A stretch of 64,000 nucleotides of DNA from the human T2T-CHM13v2.0 reference genome, Homo sapiens. The stretch lies in NCBI RefSeq assembly GCF_009914755.1, contig NC_060925.1. One strand, given 5' to 3'. This document shows positions 14,481 through 33,330 of the stretch, one piece after another. Below the pieces are notes generated by a model. The model was not told the DNA's origin, searched no databases, and saw only the letters and a list, made by a program, of their open reading frames with translations. Within the stretch, counting starts at the first letter, position 1; each line of letters starts with the position of its first letter. Position numbers and translations under genes: made by a program.

Positions 14481-14612
14481 CACGGATGTATTTCAAAGAT
14501 TGGGCTCAAATTCAGCTCTGACTACTTCAAATATAGCATCATTTGAAGAAGCATTTATATGTCTTCAAAAGTTAATGGCAGCTGTGAGGGATATTCTTGA
14601 AGGAATTCAAAG
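14481..14612 (+). CDS. SWT1: Internal coding exon B (132 nt, phase 2 to 2): (S)[43 protein letters not shown](R)
   Basis: Polypyrimidine tract with ttttag acceptor, AAG|gtaaac donor, open and in frame with exon A. Confidence 0.87.
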
Positions 14613-15729
14613 GTAAACACTATATTAATTTTAAAGTGTTATTTACTTATTACTTTTCTCTTTCTCCTAGGCTTACCAACTTTTTCAGAGTTGCTAGGAG
14701 TCACATAGAATAGACCGTGGCACTTTATAGCATGAAATCAAGTGCTTTCTTTTGTGGCACTAAAGGAGGATACTTCTAACCTTTGCAGTTTTATCGTTAT
14801 GTACCAAGATTGTTTGACCTGAATTAGATATATAGGTTGATAACACAAAAATACTGTTCTTTGTAAATTAAAACAGAAACAAAACTGAGTTGATTTTGCT
14901 ATGTTCAAGTTTGAAAAACTTGAATTTTCAAAAAATTTTTTTTTCATTTCTCTTGAATGGTTTTTGCAAACTATTGTTAATATACAAGGCATTTTTGCCT
15001 TGTTAATCTAGAAGGCATTTTTGCCTCTTTTTGAATCGCAGTTGGCCTAAATAATTCTTATAATAAAAAGTTATCTAAACTTCTGCCACCCTTAAGTTAT
15101 TAATGAATTTAAAGTATGGCAGATCCTAACACAAGTTAAATGTTACCTCTAAATGCAAATAGTCCCTTTATAATTTAAAGCCTTATTAAAATAAGTGTGG
15201 CTCCATAAGGGTGAACTATTGAGTTCTGATTTTAGCTGTGTAAAAACTTCTGTTCACTCTAGATTGCATAAAAGCCATACTTGACAGTATATTTTCTACA
15301 GAAAGTAATAACTCAGCAGATGTTCATTGAACACCTGCTATACTTGGTATCGTACTAGGCACTGGGGACCAAAGAGAAATAAGATATGACCTCTGAATCC
15401 AAACAGCTGTGGAAATAATTCAATCATATTAAAACAGATCTTGCAATCAAAAGGTATTAGTATTTTAATAGAGATATATATATGCAGTGGCGGGAGGAAG
15501 GGTTGGCAAAAGATGAGGCTGGATCGAGGTTGGAGGAGTGTGTCTCAGGCCATGCAAAGCAGTTTCCATTTTATCTGATAGGCCAGTATTTCAGATATTC
15601 AGAGCTGTTAATTATGTGCCAGAAGTGTTTCTGGTTCAAAAAACTGGAAATATTGCATACTATACCACCTTCTGGGGAAATCACTTGTATTATTAGCATA
15701 TTAATGGCTTTATAAACCTCTGCTGTAAG

Positions 15730-16130
15730 GAAATTTTTTTAATTTTAGGAACTTTAAAACATATTGATGCCTGGATCCTCCACCCTAGAGATTCATATGT
15801 AATTAGTCTGGGGTGTGCCTGGCAATGAAGATTTAAAAAATTTCCCCAGGTAATTCATATGTGTCAGCAAGGTTGAGAACCTCTAGCCAATATGCTTATC
15901 TAGTGGTTCTCAAAGTGTAATCACAAGACCAGCATCATCACCACATCTAACTTGTTAAAAGTGCAGATTTTCAGGCCCTCTCAGATTTATTCAATCAGAA
16001 ACTGTGGGTATGAGGCCTATAGGTCTGTGTCCTCTAGGTGATTCTGTTCATGCTGAAGGCTGAGCATCACTGGCCCAAGTGATTCTCAGCCCTAGTGGCA
16101 GACTATAATCACCTGGGAGTTTAAAAAAAT
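15730..16130. mobile_element. Cluster of MER5-type (hAT-Charlie) elements; the last is split by the L1 and resumes at ~20618-20735
   Basis: gtggttctcaaagtg, aatcacctggg and ggttgagaac motifs. Confidence 0.65.
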
Positions 16131-16135
16131 AGGAA

Positions 16136-20617
<4,482 letters not shown>

Positions 20618-20895
20618 TAAAGTAACAGTGGTTGGGCCCTACCTTAATCCTATTAAATCTGAATCTGAGAATGGGACCTGGTCAGACATTTCTACAGACT
20701 CCCCAACTGATGTGGGTGGAACCAGGGTTAAGAAGATTTAGCATGTATTGCTTACATAAGCAGTATCTAAAAGAAATAATTACTTGAATTTTAAGGCTAA
20801 TACAATTTGTTACTCTTTCATCTTAAGGACACCTAGCACTAGGGATAAGAAAAGATTGGTAGCTCTGCTACCTTTTAGCATGTGACCTGGGGTGA

Positions 20896-21202
<307 letters not shown>

Positions 21203-24200
21203 TAAAGCTATCTTGAGCCTCAGTGTTCATAAAACAGCCATAATAATACCTTCCCAGAGCATTTCATGGGGTTACTATTGTGCTTTGAGAGCAAGGTGTT
21301 GGTATTACTAACCATCAGCAATTCTTAACTTGTTTGTTGGGGAATTTGTTACAAATGTAAAGTTTAAGGTTTTATCCCAGACTAACTTAAATAAAAATAT
21401 CTGTAGGTATTTGTGTAGAGCAAGGAAGTTGTATTTTTAAGCTTTCCAGGGGATTTGTATGCAGGTGGTGAGAGATCACATTTAATAAAACTAATGCAAT
21501 TTTTTGTAATGTTACATTAGAGAATGCTTTTCTCTTGAGCTACCAGTAGGGAGCATTGTGAATAAACTGGTTTGCTTAACTCACCATTCACTTATCAACA
21601 GGAAACTACAAAATTGTGAATTTTTTTTTTTAAACCGGGCAGATAATAGGCATTTAAATTAAAATTTAATAAAAGTTAATAATTATTTTTTCAAGTGTAC
21701 ATGTAGTGCTTAAAATCTTTCAAGAAACAAAATCATGTTAAATCAAAAGAAGCTCAGTTTAAAAATTTTTTTGCTAAATATTGTTTTAAAATTTTACAAT
21801 TTAATTTAAATTTAAAATTAAATATTGAAATTGCATGCAATTTGTAGTGACTGCAAATTAGCATTTTTGATGCTTGCTAAAATGACCTAGTTTCATTTGG
21901 TTTTGAGATGCATGCTCAGTGATTATATGTTAGCTCTATTCCCTTTTATCTTAAAAATAGTAGATCATATATAGTGTTATATTGGGGCTCGATAATCAGG
22001 TGATCTTTAGCTTGGCCTTTCAGTTAAAGAAGTGAATGAAAACATATTTGATAGACTAACAGCTTTGGGTTCTAGTTCTAGATTTATCCCCTTGTAGCTG
22101 ACTTTGGGCATGTCATTTACCCTCTAAGTCACAGTTTCTTTCCTTGTTAAATGAGAATCCTGGTACCTTCTTTAGAAGAGTGTATGAAATGATGTATGTG
22201 AAAATACTTTCTAACTATGTTTACATGCGCTAATCTTGCTTTTTCCTTAAAGTTGATATGTGAAGTTTGAAATGTTTAAAATGTGTATTTCAGTTTTAAG
22301 AAAACTCTAAACATGATTGTGGTTAAGATTGAAAAATTAGTGGAGCAGTTGTCGGTATGGTTATATATTTGGCAGCAAAATACCTAATTTTGCAAAGTTA
22401 GAAAAGGGATGAGGATCTTGCAAATTCCTATATTTTCTGAACACTTTCTTTTTAGGTAGGAGAAGAACTTCAATTAGCTTATTTGCTATTCATTTAGAAA
22501 TTGCTTCTCTCCTCATCTTTTCTTTTATATGTATACAGGATTAATTTGAGCACTTTTGTTAATAGTTTTCTCATCTAACCACTAGATAGCCAAGGACAAT
22601 GTTGATAATTTTTTTTTCAGATAGACAAAAGTGTTTTAAGATTTGTTTTTGGTCAGTACTACATAGTCTTAATTTATACTTTTGTAAACTTATGTCTAGA
22701 TTGATCAAGTAACTCTTAAGACCACAGAAACCTTTTGCTTAGTATATAAAGATGATAAAGTTTCATTTGGAACAAAATTAATTGGAGAGTTGAATTGCAA
22801 ATTTCTAAAAATAGGGAAAGTTCTACTTTCTATATTGATCAAAAACATTGTCTACATGTATTTTTGCTTAAACTGTCATCTTTGCAGAGTTAACTAAACA
22901 GGTCATGTAATCCAACTCTGAGGCACACTGTAAATGCGTGCAGCTTCAACTTGAAAGCTAATATTCAAAGCAACAATACAAGTGTTGTAGATATGTTTCT
23001 GTTTCTGTGAAATAGATGATGAGCTAGCTGCCTGATTTAGAAGCTAAGAAGGAGGGTGAAGGTGAGAAACTTTAACTTGCTTAGGTTTTATGTTTGTATT
23101 TCACCTTTATAAAATAAGGTAGAAATTATGTTTTAAAAAACAAAAAAAGGTAATATTTTAAATCCAAAAATATACTAGCTCATGCCCAAATATGTTTGGT
23201 TTAACATGTAAAACTTTGCATATGTGAGTTTCATGAACTGAAGTAGCTTTATTTGAAATGTTTGAGATAATGAGTGTTTTCTTGGTTTATTATTTTGACT
23301 CATATTTGGGGTGGGAAAGAGGCAGAGGGAATTTCTATTCCTTATAAATAGGTGCATTTTGAGGACATGCTTTTATATTAAAAGATATCTCAAGTGTATA
23401 TAGCTTAGTTTTTTTTCTAGCTGTCATTTTGTTTGGTCATATTTAAATTTAGCAATAAATGACTGCTAACCGTTGTGTTTGGACATAATCATATGCTGCA
23501 TGGGCATTTGTACTTGATCATAGAACAGGATTTTGGAAAATAAAACCTCAGTTTCAATTTAGGAAAGGAAGATGATTAATTTTTATTGAGTTGTTTAATC
23601 TTCTAAGTTTTAATAACCTCTGTCACATTCTTGTGGCTTTAGTTTGGAATACTTTAGACAGCTATTTTTCTAAAATAATTGCAGTCATGAAGTTTGGGGT
23701 TTTTTGGGTGTGATTTGCATATATTTTGTTTTCTTATTAAACCTCTAAAAATTAATTTTCCTTTTAATCTCCTACCCCATTTTAACGTAAGAACAGACCA
23801 TATATGGTATATTTATGCATTATTTCTGGGAAAAGAAACCTTAAAATCACAGTAGCTTTTCAGATCCACTAATATGCTTCAAAGATACTGATTTTTGCTT
23901 TTGAGATAAAATTTTATTAACTTCGCCTCTTTGACTTACTGTATATATTGATAGTTGACCTCTTAAGATTTTGGAAAAGGTTATTTAGAATAGGTCATCC
24001 TTTACTTTACACAAAGATAACACACTTTAGGCTACTTCTTTAAACTAGTTGTTGAAACTAAAGATTCTGTCACAGGCATGCTAATGTGTAGAAAATAAAG
24101 ACCTTAAAAACTTCATCCTTTGAAGTTTAGAAGTGACTTTTTAGACTCTGAACTCATTGCAGTGTGCAAAATATTCAGCCATTGTTATCTAGAGTGGAGG

Positions 24201-26007
24201 GGTTTATTCATGTTTGTGTCTGACCTACTTTCTTTGAGGCTTGGCCTTTTCACCCTTAGATAATTAGGCTTCACCTCCCACTCTTCAGTTAGGGTTTCAC
24301 AGCTCCTCAGATATCACTTAGTTACCTTCTCAGACTTTCAACACCTTGTCCTTTCATCACCAAGTATATCAGTTGCTTTGTTGAGTAAGAAAAAATAATA
24401 CAATTTATTGTTTAAAAATGAAAAGACTTAGTTGCTTCATCCTTCATGCCACCATTTTGTAAAAAATAATTTTATTTTTTATAATTTATTTTATAATCAG
24501 TTCCTTAATACTTTGAATGCCTCCAGGGCAGAAACTGTCTTACTTTTCTGTATCTGGAGCCTTGCACAGGTAATGACACATAGTAGATGGTCAGTAAGTG
24601 ATTATTTAATGAGTGTTTTATAGTCTTTGTGATAGAAGGCAACTTTTTTTAAGGCTGAATGCTAATTATACTACATTATGACATTAGATGAATAGTTAAT
24701 GTAGAGGTTTTAAAAGAGGTATAGAAGAGAGATGAGCAAGCTATGAAAGGTTAAAGAATAAGAAAATCAGGAGGAAGGAGAAAGACTGGAAGAGAGAGAG
24801 ATTAAGGAGATTAAAAAGGCATTTATGTCTGGAGCAGATGATGGAGCCTCCAGTAATTCACCCAAATGTCTCTTCGGGTTACATTGTTATCCTTGATTAC
24901 TTTATCAACTATAGATTATTACTTATGGATTACTCTCTAGATCAACTATGTAAAATAGGGCTAGTAGAAGGAAAGATAGGATCTAATGGAAGAGTTAGAC
25001 TCAGGGAATATAAGCAGGCAGTTCTTGTTATATTATAGACACATATAAGGTCATATGTGTAAAATATAGACAGTTATTAAGAGCTTTTATGGTATCTATA
25101 TTGCAGTTTGACAAGCACAGTTAATGTGTATATCAAATTTTAAATGTAATATGTAATAAAATTTTTATTAAAGTAGCTGATAAAATACGTGGCATTCACG
25201 TATCAGTCGGACTGAATTTTTCAGTAACCAGCTGATTTTTTTAAACCTGGGTCTGTATGTTACTGAAGATAATACATCACTATGACTTAATTTTTAGAAT
25301 AACTGGATTTCATTTTACATATCTAAAACTCTTATCTGTGTTTCCCAGCATTTGTCATTCAAGAATTGGAAATAAAGACCTTATATTTACCTTTTAAGGT
25401 AACCTCCGCTGATACTTATATCAGCGGAGAAATGCCGCAGTTATTCCCATCGCCCCTAGAGTGGACTTAGGTGTTAGTGTTCCCTTGGCCAGTATAATTC
25501 AGTTTTGGATGACAGAGTTAAATGTATCCCATCATAAATTATCAAATCACATCCAAATTAAGCAATTAAATATAATATGAAGATTACTTCTTGAAGACAA
25601 CAAATATTTTAACTTGTTTATGGAGTTTTTATTTATAATCTGTTCTTTTATTTAAAATTTACTTCTTGTTTTATACCTGACTAATTCTACCTAATGATTT
25701 ATTGTTCTGATATTTAATTAAAATTCCTTGCTATTAAGTCTCGTTTTAAGAAATGCTAAAACCACCAGATGGAATAAATGACCTAATAAGTCAGTGATGT
25801 TAAACACCAGTAAAAGAAATGAAATTAGGGAGAAATCAATAGAAGGGTCTGAATAAGGGCTATCATAATAATTTTAACTTAAATAACAAGTATGTATAGT
25901 AAGTATATGGGATAAAGCCAGATGATCAGTTCTAATTCATTCTTACAAAGCAGTTATATAAAAGGCGTAAAGGTAGAGTATACCCTATACTCTAGGATAC
26001 ATTCTAA

Positions 26008-26313
<306 letters not shown>

Positions 26314-26964
26314 TAGGATTAATTTTATCTATTTTGAGAAATATATTCTTGTGCCTCTAAATAACTTTTAGCACCTCAGTAGGCCAACCAGCTGCCAGTA
26401 GTGAGAAGTGATACAATGTCCTCAAGGGTGTTTTCCAATAGTAAGAAAAGTTTGATTTTAACTCAGGACAGTGTTTTCCACATAGATGGTACTCAGTAAA
26501 TACTTAACCGTATATCAGAAACCTCTGGAATTATTAAACATTTTGATGCGCCAATCCCTGTTAACAAGGCATGTTAAACCTTTTTAGAATCAACATATAC
26601 ACTTTCTCTTAACAATAAGGTAACTGGAACTATTAAGTTTAAATTGTCTGATTTTTTTGCTAATATTAAGCTACTTTATTACTATTTAAATATATGTAGT
26701 TAATGTATTATTTTTGACAGCATGTAGCTATATATTTTCTCCAGCCAAATTGTTGAAATAAGACAAATAAGTAAAATAATCAAAATTATGTTTATTATTA
26801 AAGATAGTGACTTTACGCAGATTTTATTTAAACCTTATTGATAAAAATGTCAGCAGTTTTGTATGCTATTGGAGTGTAAAATAGTATAGAATGTATCGAT
26901 CAGCCTTCTTTCATGGACTTTCATCCATTTACCCATGCTGCCTATATTCTAGAGAAAGGGAAAT

Positions 26965-29051
26965 ACACTCATACATCTCTCTCTCTTTTTTAATATATAT
27001 AATTCTTTTTCTTAAAAAAAAAATAGGGATAGGGTCTCACTGTGTTGGCCAGGCTGGTCTTGAACCCCTATTCTCAAGCTGTCCTCTCGCCTCAGCCTCC
27101 TAAAGTGCTGGGATTACAGATGTGAGCTACCACACCCAGCTAGTCATACATATCTTAATGATGGGGATACATGTTCTTGTGTGAGCATTATAGAGTGTAT
27201 TTACACAAATCTAGATGGAATAGCCCACTACACACCTAGGCTGTATGGTAAATGGCCTGTTGCTGCTGGATTACAAACCTGTATGGCATGCTACTGTACA
27301 TACTACAGGGAGTTGTAACACAATGGTAATTATTTGTGTACCTAAACATACGTAAACATAGAAAAGGCATGCTTAAAAATACGGTATAAAAGATAAAAAA
27401 AAGGTATACTTGTATAGAACACTTACCACAATGTAGCTTGCAGGAGTGGAAGTGCTCTGGGTGAGTCAGTGGGTGGGTGGTGAGTCAGTGGGTGAGTGGT
27501 GAGTGAATGTGAAGGCCCTGGATATGACACTACTATAGACTATAAGCACTGTACACTTAGGCTCCACTCAATTAAAAAATGTTTTCTTTCTTCAATAACA
27601 AATTAACCTTAGGTTGTTATAACTTTTTAATTTTATGAACTTTTGATTTTTTAATACTTTTTGACTCTTTTCCAGTAACACTTAGCTTAGAACACAAACA
27701 ATGGCCAGGCATGGTGGCCGACACCTGTAATCCCGGCACTTTGGGAGGCCAAGGCAGGGGGTTTGCTTGAAGCCCGGAGTTCGAGAGTAGTCTAGGCAAC
27801 ATAGTGAGACACCGTCTCTGCAAAAAAATAAAATTAGCTGGGCATGGTGTTGTGTGTCTGTAGTCTCAGCTACTTGGGAGGCTGAGGCAGGAGGATTGCT
27901 TGAGCCCCCCACGAGTTCAAGGTTAAAGTGAGCTATGATTGCATAACTGCATTCCAGCTTGGGCAACAGAGTGAGACCCCATCTCTAAGAACGATTTTTT
28001 ATATTTAAAAATAAAATAAAAAAGGACCACCCCTTTCAGATCTATGCTTTCTAGAAAACACACACATTGTACAACTGTATAAAAATATTTTCTTTCTTGA
28101 TATCCTTACTCTGTAGCTTTTTTCTTTTTATAACAATTTTTATTTATTTTTTACTTTTTAAGCTTTTTTGTTAAAAACTAATACACGAAACATACACATT
28201 ACCCTAGGCCTACACAGGGTCAGGATCATCAGTGTCACTGTCTTCCACCGCCATGTCTTGTCCCACTGGAAGGTCCTCAGAGATAGTAACACACATGGAG
28301 CTGTCTCCTATGATAACAGTGCCTTCTTCTGAAATACCTCTCAAAGAACCTACCTGAGGCTCTTTTTAGTTAACTTTTTTAATAAGTAGAAGGAATATAC
28401 CCTAAAATAATAATAAAAAGTATAGTAGAGTAAATATAGTAAATACAGAAAAGAACCAGTAACATAGTTGTTTATTATCATTGTTAAGTATAATGTGCTG
28501 TACTTAATTGTATGTGCTATACTTTTAGAGGACTGGCACTGCAGTAGGTTTATTTATGCCAGCATCACCACAACCACATGAGTAATGAGTTGTGCTAGTA
28601 GGAAGTTACTAAGTGATAGGAATTTTTCGGCTCTAGTATAATTTTTTTCCACTCTTGCTGATAATCTTACATTATAATCTTTTTTTTTTTGAGACAGAGT
28701 CTCACTCTGTTGCCCAGGCTGGAGCACAGTGGTGTGATCTCGGCTCACTGCAACCTCTGCCTCCCAGGTTGAAGTGATTCTCCCACCTCAGCCTCCCAAG
28801 TAGCTGGGATTACAGGCACCCACCATCATGCCTGGCTAATTTTTGTATTTTTGTATAGAGGGGGTTTTACCATGTTAGCCAGGCTGGTCTTGAATTCCTG
28901 ACCTCAGGTGATCTGCCCACCTCGGCCTCCCAAAGTGCTGAGATTACAGGTGTGAGCCACCGCACCCAGTCTTACATTATAATCTTATGGGACCACCATC
29001 ATATATGTGGTCCATTGTTGACCAAAATGTCATTGTGCAGTGCATAACTGT
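26965..29051 (+). mobile_element. Tigger3b-like (Golem/MER7) DNA transposon with three nested Alus: FLAM ~27020-27141 (-), AluJ 27703-27986 (+), AluS 28680-28969 (-)
   Basis: acacaaatctagatggaatagcccactacacacctaggctgtatgg...cattgtgcagtgcataactgta termini. The AluS TSD is tcttacattataatctt. Confidence 0.82.
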
Positions 29052-29183
29052 ACTTAGACCTTTTAGGGAATTACTACATACTGGCTCTGAGTTAATGCTA
29101 ATCTCTACAGGCCTAAAATGCCAGTATAGTTGGAGAAATGGCCAGAGGGACAGATCTATCCTGATTAGTATCACATCCTTTAA

Positions 29184-29480
29184 ATTTTTATTTTTTCTTT
29201 TCTTGGAGTCTCACTCTGTTGCTCAGTCTGCAGTGCAGTGGCATCATCATGGCTCACTGCGACCTCCACTTCCTGGCTCAGGTGATTCTCCCACCTCAGC
29301 CTCCCGAGTAGCTGGGACTACAGGCATACCCTACCACGCCCAGCTAACTTTTGTGTTTTTTGTAGAGACCAGGTCTTGCCATGTTGATCAGGCTGGTCTC
29401 GAACTCCTGGGCTCAAGCTATCCACCCTCCTCAGTCTTTCAAAGTGTTAGGATTAGAGGCATGAGCCACAGCACCTGGCC
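29184..29480 (-). mobile_element. AluJ
   Basis: Antisense Alu, TSD atcctttaa. Confidence 0.87.
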
Positions 29481-29527
29481 ATATCCTTTAATTTGTATAT
29501 CTTAATTATGTTCATATTTTGGAGAGC

Positions 29528-29832
29528 TTTTTTTTTTTTTTTTTTTTTAATAGAGGGGGGTCTCACTTTGTCATCCAGGCTACGGTGCAGTTGTATGATC
29601 ATAGCTCACTGCAGCCTGGAACTCATGGTTTCAGGTGATTCTCCTGCCTCGGCCTCCTGAGTAGGAAGGACTACAGGCGCACTCCACCATGCATGGCTAA
29701 TATTTTAAATTTTTGGTAGATAAGATCTCACTATGTCCTCCAGGCTGGTCTTGAACTCCTGGGCTCAAGTGATCTTCCCACCTCAGCTTCTTCAAGTGTT
29801 AGCATTACAGGTGTGAGCCACCATGCCTGACC
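29528..29832 (-). mobile_element. AluJ
   Basis: Antisense Alu with poly(T). Confidence 0.87.
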
Positions 29833-31814
29833 AGGGGCTAATTTTTTAAAGATCTTCTAAGATCATTTTTCTTTACATTCTATTGTGACTGGTAAAAACT
29901 CAAACTAGAAATAGTGGCATCAGCTCTTTTCTTGTTGATTGCGTGTGATTGCCTTATTATTATTACCTTCAGTCCTTAGGTTTCTTGTTGGAATCCCTTA
30001 AACTGTTACCCATTTGATGAAGGTTAATTCAATAAGTAATATAATCTGTAAATCATCTAACCAGACATATGTAAAATGCAGTGCCTTGAAGAACATTGAA
30101 AGCCAATAAATAAGGTACACACCTCTCCTTTCCTCCCTAATGTGGAACTCCCACCTTATCCCCTGGATACTTCAACATGTGTGACCTGGGGCTCTCTGAC
30201 ATACGGACTAAAGTAAAGGCACAATTTCAGAAGGGATAAAAGAAAGGGGAAGATACAATGTTAGGAAAGTGGAGTCAGCAGTTGGAAATACTGGAGGTTA
30301 AATAGTGGGATGTGTAACTGGACAAATGGACTGTTGATGCTTTAGGCTTTCTCTAGACTTATATCTGCTCTTTCATTTTTTGCATTGAAAGTTGTTTAGA
30401 AAAAAAGTTGTTTAGCTATTTAATTTCTCAGTGAGATTCATATTTATGTATCATAAAGATGAAGCTACCTCAATTATAAGGGAAATTTTGTTGTACTGAA
30501 ACTTGATACATGGAAATTTTCAGTTTGGCTCTGTAGAGGTCTGTCTGGATTCTCAGGGTGATGTAGGGGAAAGCATAAAGAAGGCTGAGTGCATTGTTCT
30601 CCAGACCTGCACTTTGCTTCAGTATGTATGGCTCTCCTTTGTCTGTTTTAGAAATATATGAGATTTCTGGGTAAGCTTTCATTTAGGTTTCAACAAGCTC
30701 TGCTACAAAATAAAAATAGAATATTTCAGTCATGGAACTAAATTTTATGTAATTTGCTTCTAGAAGTGTTTTTTTTTCCTTCCTAAAAAGCAGACTATTT
30801 GTTTATTTGCTATTACAGTATGAGTTGGTGACAGTGCTTTCTTTTGGGCCTCTTCTTCCTTTTCCTAAATTAATAGTTATTTCAGGCTTTTTTGCATTTT
30901 GAAACTCTGCATTCATGGTGCTTTGTTAGGATTCCCTCTGCAATATAGGATCACAGTACATGATTACTATGGTTATTTTCAAAAAGTCAACAGTTCCTTC
31001 AGATTGCTTGGAAGCAGTTGTGAACAATTAAGAGAAGTGGATATGACCCTGTAATGTATTTCCCGTATAGAAAGAAGCAGAGGGTATCTGTAGTTCAGTG
31101 TGTTTCCACCAATTAAACTGTAATTGTACTCTTTCCTTACATGTTTAATCTTAGGGACTAATATGCAAACAACAATGTTCTCACACAAAACAAATTAAAC
31201 TCAACTTACTTTCAATACAATTAACCAATAACAATTTTTTTTCATAAATACATGGATTTTCAGAGAAGTTGCAGGATACGATTTTATGATCCAGGCCAAC
31301 ATATTTTTCGTATCATGCATTTTCAACTTTATATTGAAAGTCATTCTGAATAGAAGTCCATGTTCAGAAATTTAGTATGTTAATTATTCAACTTAGAAAC
31401 TTCTGTGCTGGAATGATTCACCTGGTGAGGAATGATTGTTTACACACCCTATTTATTCCTTATGAATTTCTACACTCCCCCTCTGGTCTGTGTCTTTCAT
31501 TGGTTCTGGGGTGATGGTTCCTGCTGTCACTGTCATATCTGTCTACCATCAATGGAGATACTAATCTCTCTCCTCTCTTCATGCTGAGATATGGAAAATA
31601 TCCTTCATTTAACTACATGCAGTAGAACTTTCACTAAAAGGAACCTTCACTAAAAAGCTAATGAAGATACGACTAAGCCAAAAAAAAAAAAAAAAAAGAC
31701 AAAAGCAGTTCAGCAGTTTTTTATGCTAAACCAATCAAAAGATTAGCTGAAAATAAATTCCATACCATATGGTTTATCTAGCTGATGGTTGATTTCCCTT
31801 ACCTTTACTCTCAT

Positions 31815-33330
31815 GTTCTGGTATCTATTGCTGTATAACAAATCACCCCAAAACTTATTGGCTTAAAACAGTAACAACCAATTATTTGTTTTTTGTAATG
31901 TTTTGGGAGTTGACTAGACTCATCTTGGAAATTCTCACTTGAGATTTCTTGTGTAGCTGCATTCAGATAGTGTCTGGATCTCCAGACACTATCTCCAGAC
32001 ACTTAGAGGCTGGATCTCCAGCCTCTAAGGCTGGCTGATGCTGCCTCTCAAGTGAAACGCCAATATGTGGCATCTTCATGTAGCCTGAGCTTTGTCGCAG
32101 GCTGCAGGCTGGTTTCCAAGAGTGTCCCACCATATGAGGTGGAAGCTATGTTGCCTGTTATGGCATTGCCTCAGAAATCATATAGTGTCATTTCCCCTAC
32201 AGTCACAGACCTGCCTAGGTTGAGGGGCCTGCCTGTTGATAGGAATGCCAGTGTTACCCTGTAAGAAGAACATGTGGGATGAGAGATCTCGTGTGGCCAT
32301 CTTGGAAAATACAGTCTGCCTTCTGGTCACAGCAGTTTACATCCCTCCAACTGACAAGACCTGTACATCCCCAAGTCTTATCCCTTTATAGGATTAGGTT
32401 AAAGTCCAGAATCTCATTATTTGAATCAGGTCCAGGTGTGATTGAGGCAAGGCTCCCTGGGTATGGCTCCTTCAGCAGAGCTCCTTGAGTACCTACCGTT
32501 CCTCTAGATGGGAAGTGCTGTGAACTAAAGAGACAAACTGATCCCCCACCACCCACCCCATACTTTGTAAATACTCTCAACATTCGTGTTCCAAAAGGGG
32601 AACACAGGAAGTCACTAGCAGTTCTAAAATCCAGCCATGCACATGTTGCTAGTACTTGATAAGGGCTCAGCCTGACTGCCTGGGAATTATTCACCACTGT
32701 TGTTGACTCTGCTCTCTGGGCTCTTGGTTTTGGCTTCTGATTTACTTTTCCATAAGAAAAGGAAGCTGCAATTGAGGAGCCTCCTCAAGCTGTGTCCTTC
32801 CTGTAAAAGGTAGGGATTCTAAAGACCTTTTTCTTTTTGTATTACTTCTCTCTTTTATTCCAAGTGGTAGTACTTTTACCAGAACAATCCTGTAAAGCTG
32901 TTTGTTTTCTATGAATCTTTATTGGGATTCACTGTGTTAGACAAAAGTCACAACCACAGATCTCTTTGAGATAAACCACCCTCTCACCTTGGGCTCCCTT
33001 TGAACCTGTATGGACAATGCTCTTATGATTTTATTTTATTTATTTTTAAAGACTGGTGTCTCACTCTGTCATCCAGGCTGGGTTGCGGTGATGTGATCAT
33101 AGCTCACTGCAGCCTCGAACTCTTAGGCTGAAGTGATCTTCCCGCCTCAGCCTCCCTCGTAGCTGTCACCATAAGAATGTGAGAGGCAACCATTCTTAAG
33201 ACCCTTAAAGGGCCTTTTGTGTATCTGAATGATTCTAAGAGGCACTTTAGCTCTTTCTGAGTCTCAACAAAAGGTTTTACAGTAATGCTATTGTCTTCAT
33301 CTTTAGACCATGTTTTCCTGCCATTCCTGT
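31815..33330 (-). mobile_element. Old MLT1 LTR (~31815-32310) plus MaLR internal-like sequence and a partial Alu (~33030-33165)
   Basis: tattgctgtataacaaatcaccccaaaactta...ggccatcttggaaaatacagtctgcc LTR motifs. Confidence 0.6.

Noticed and set aside
25450-25468. CTCF site (gtccactctaggggcgatg on the - strand)
   Set aside because: Spacing does not fit the CCASYAGRKGGC core without a gap, so it is too weak to call.
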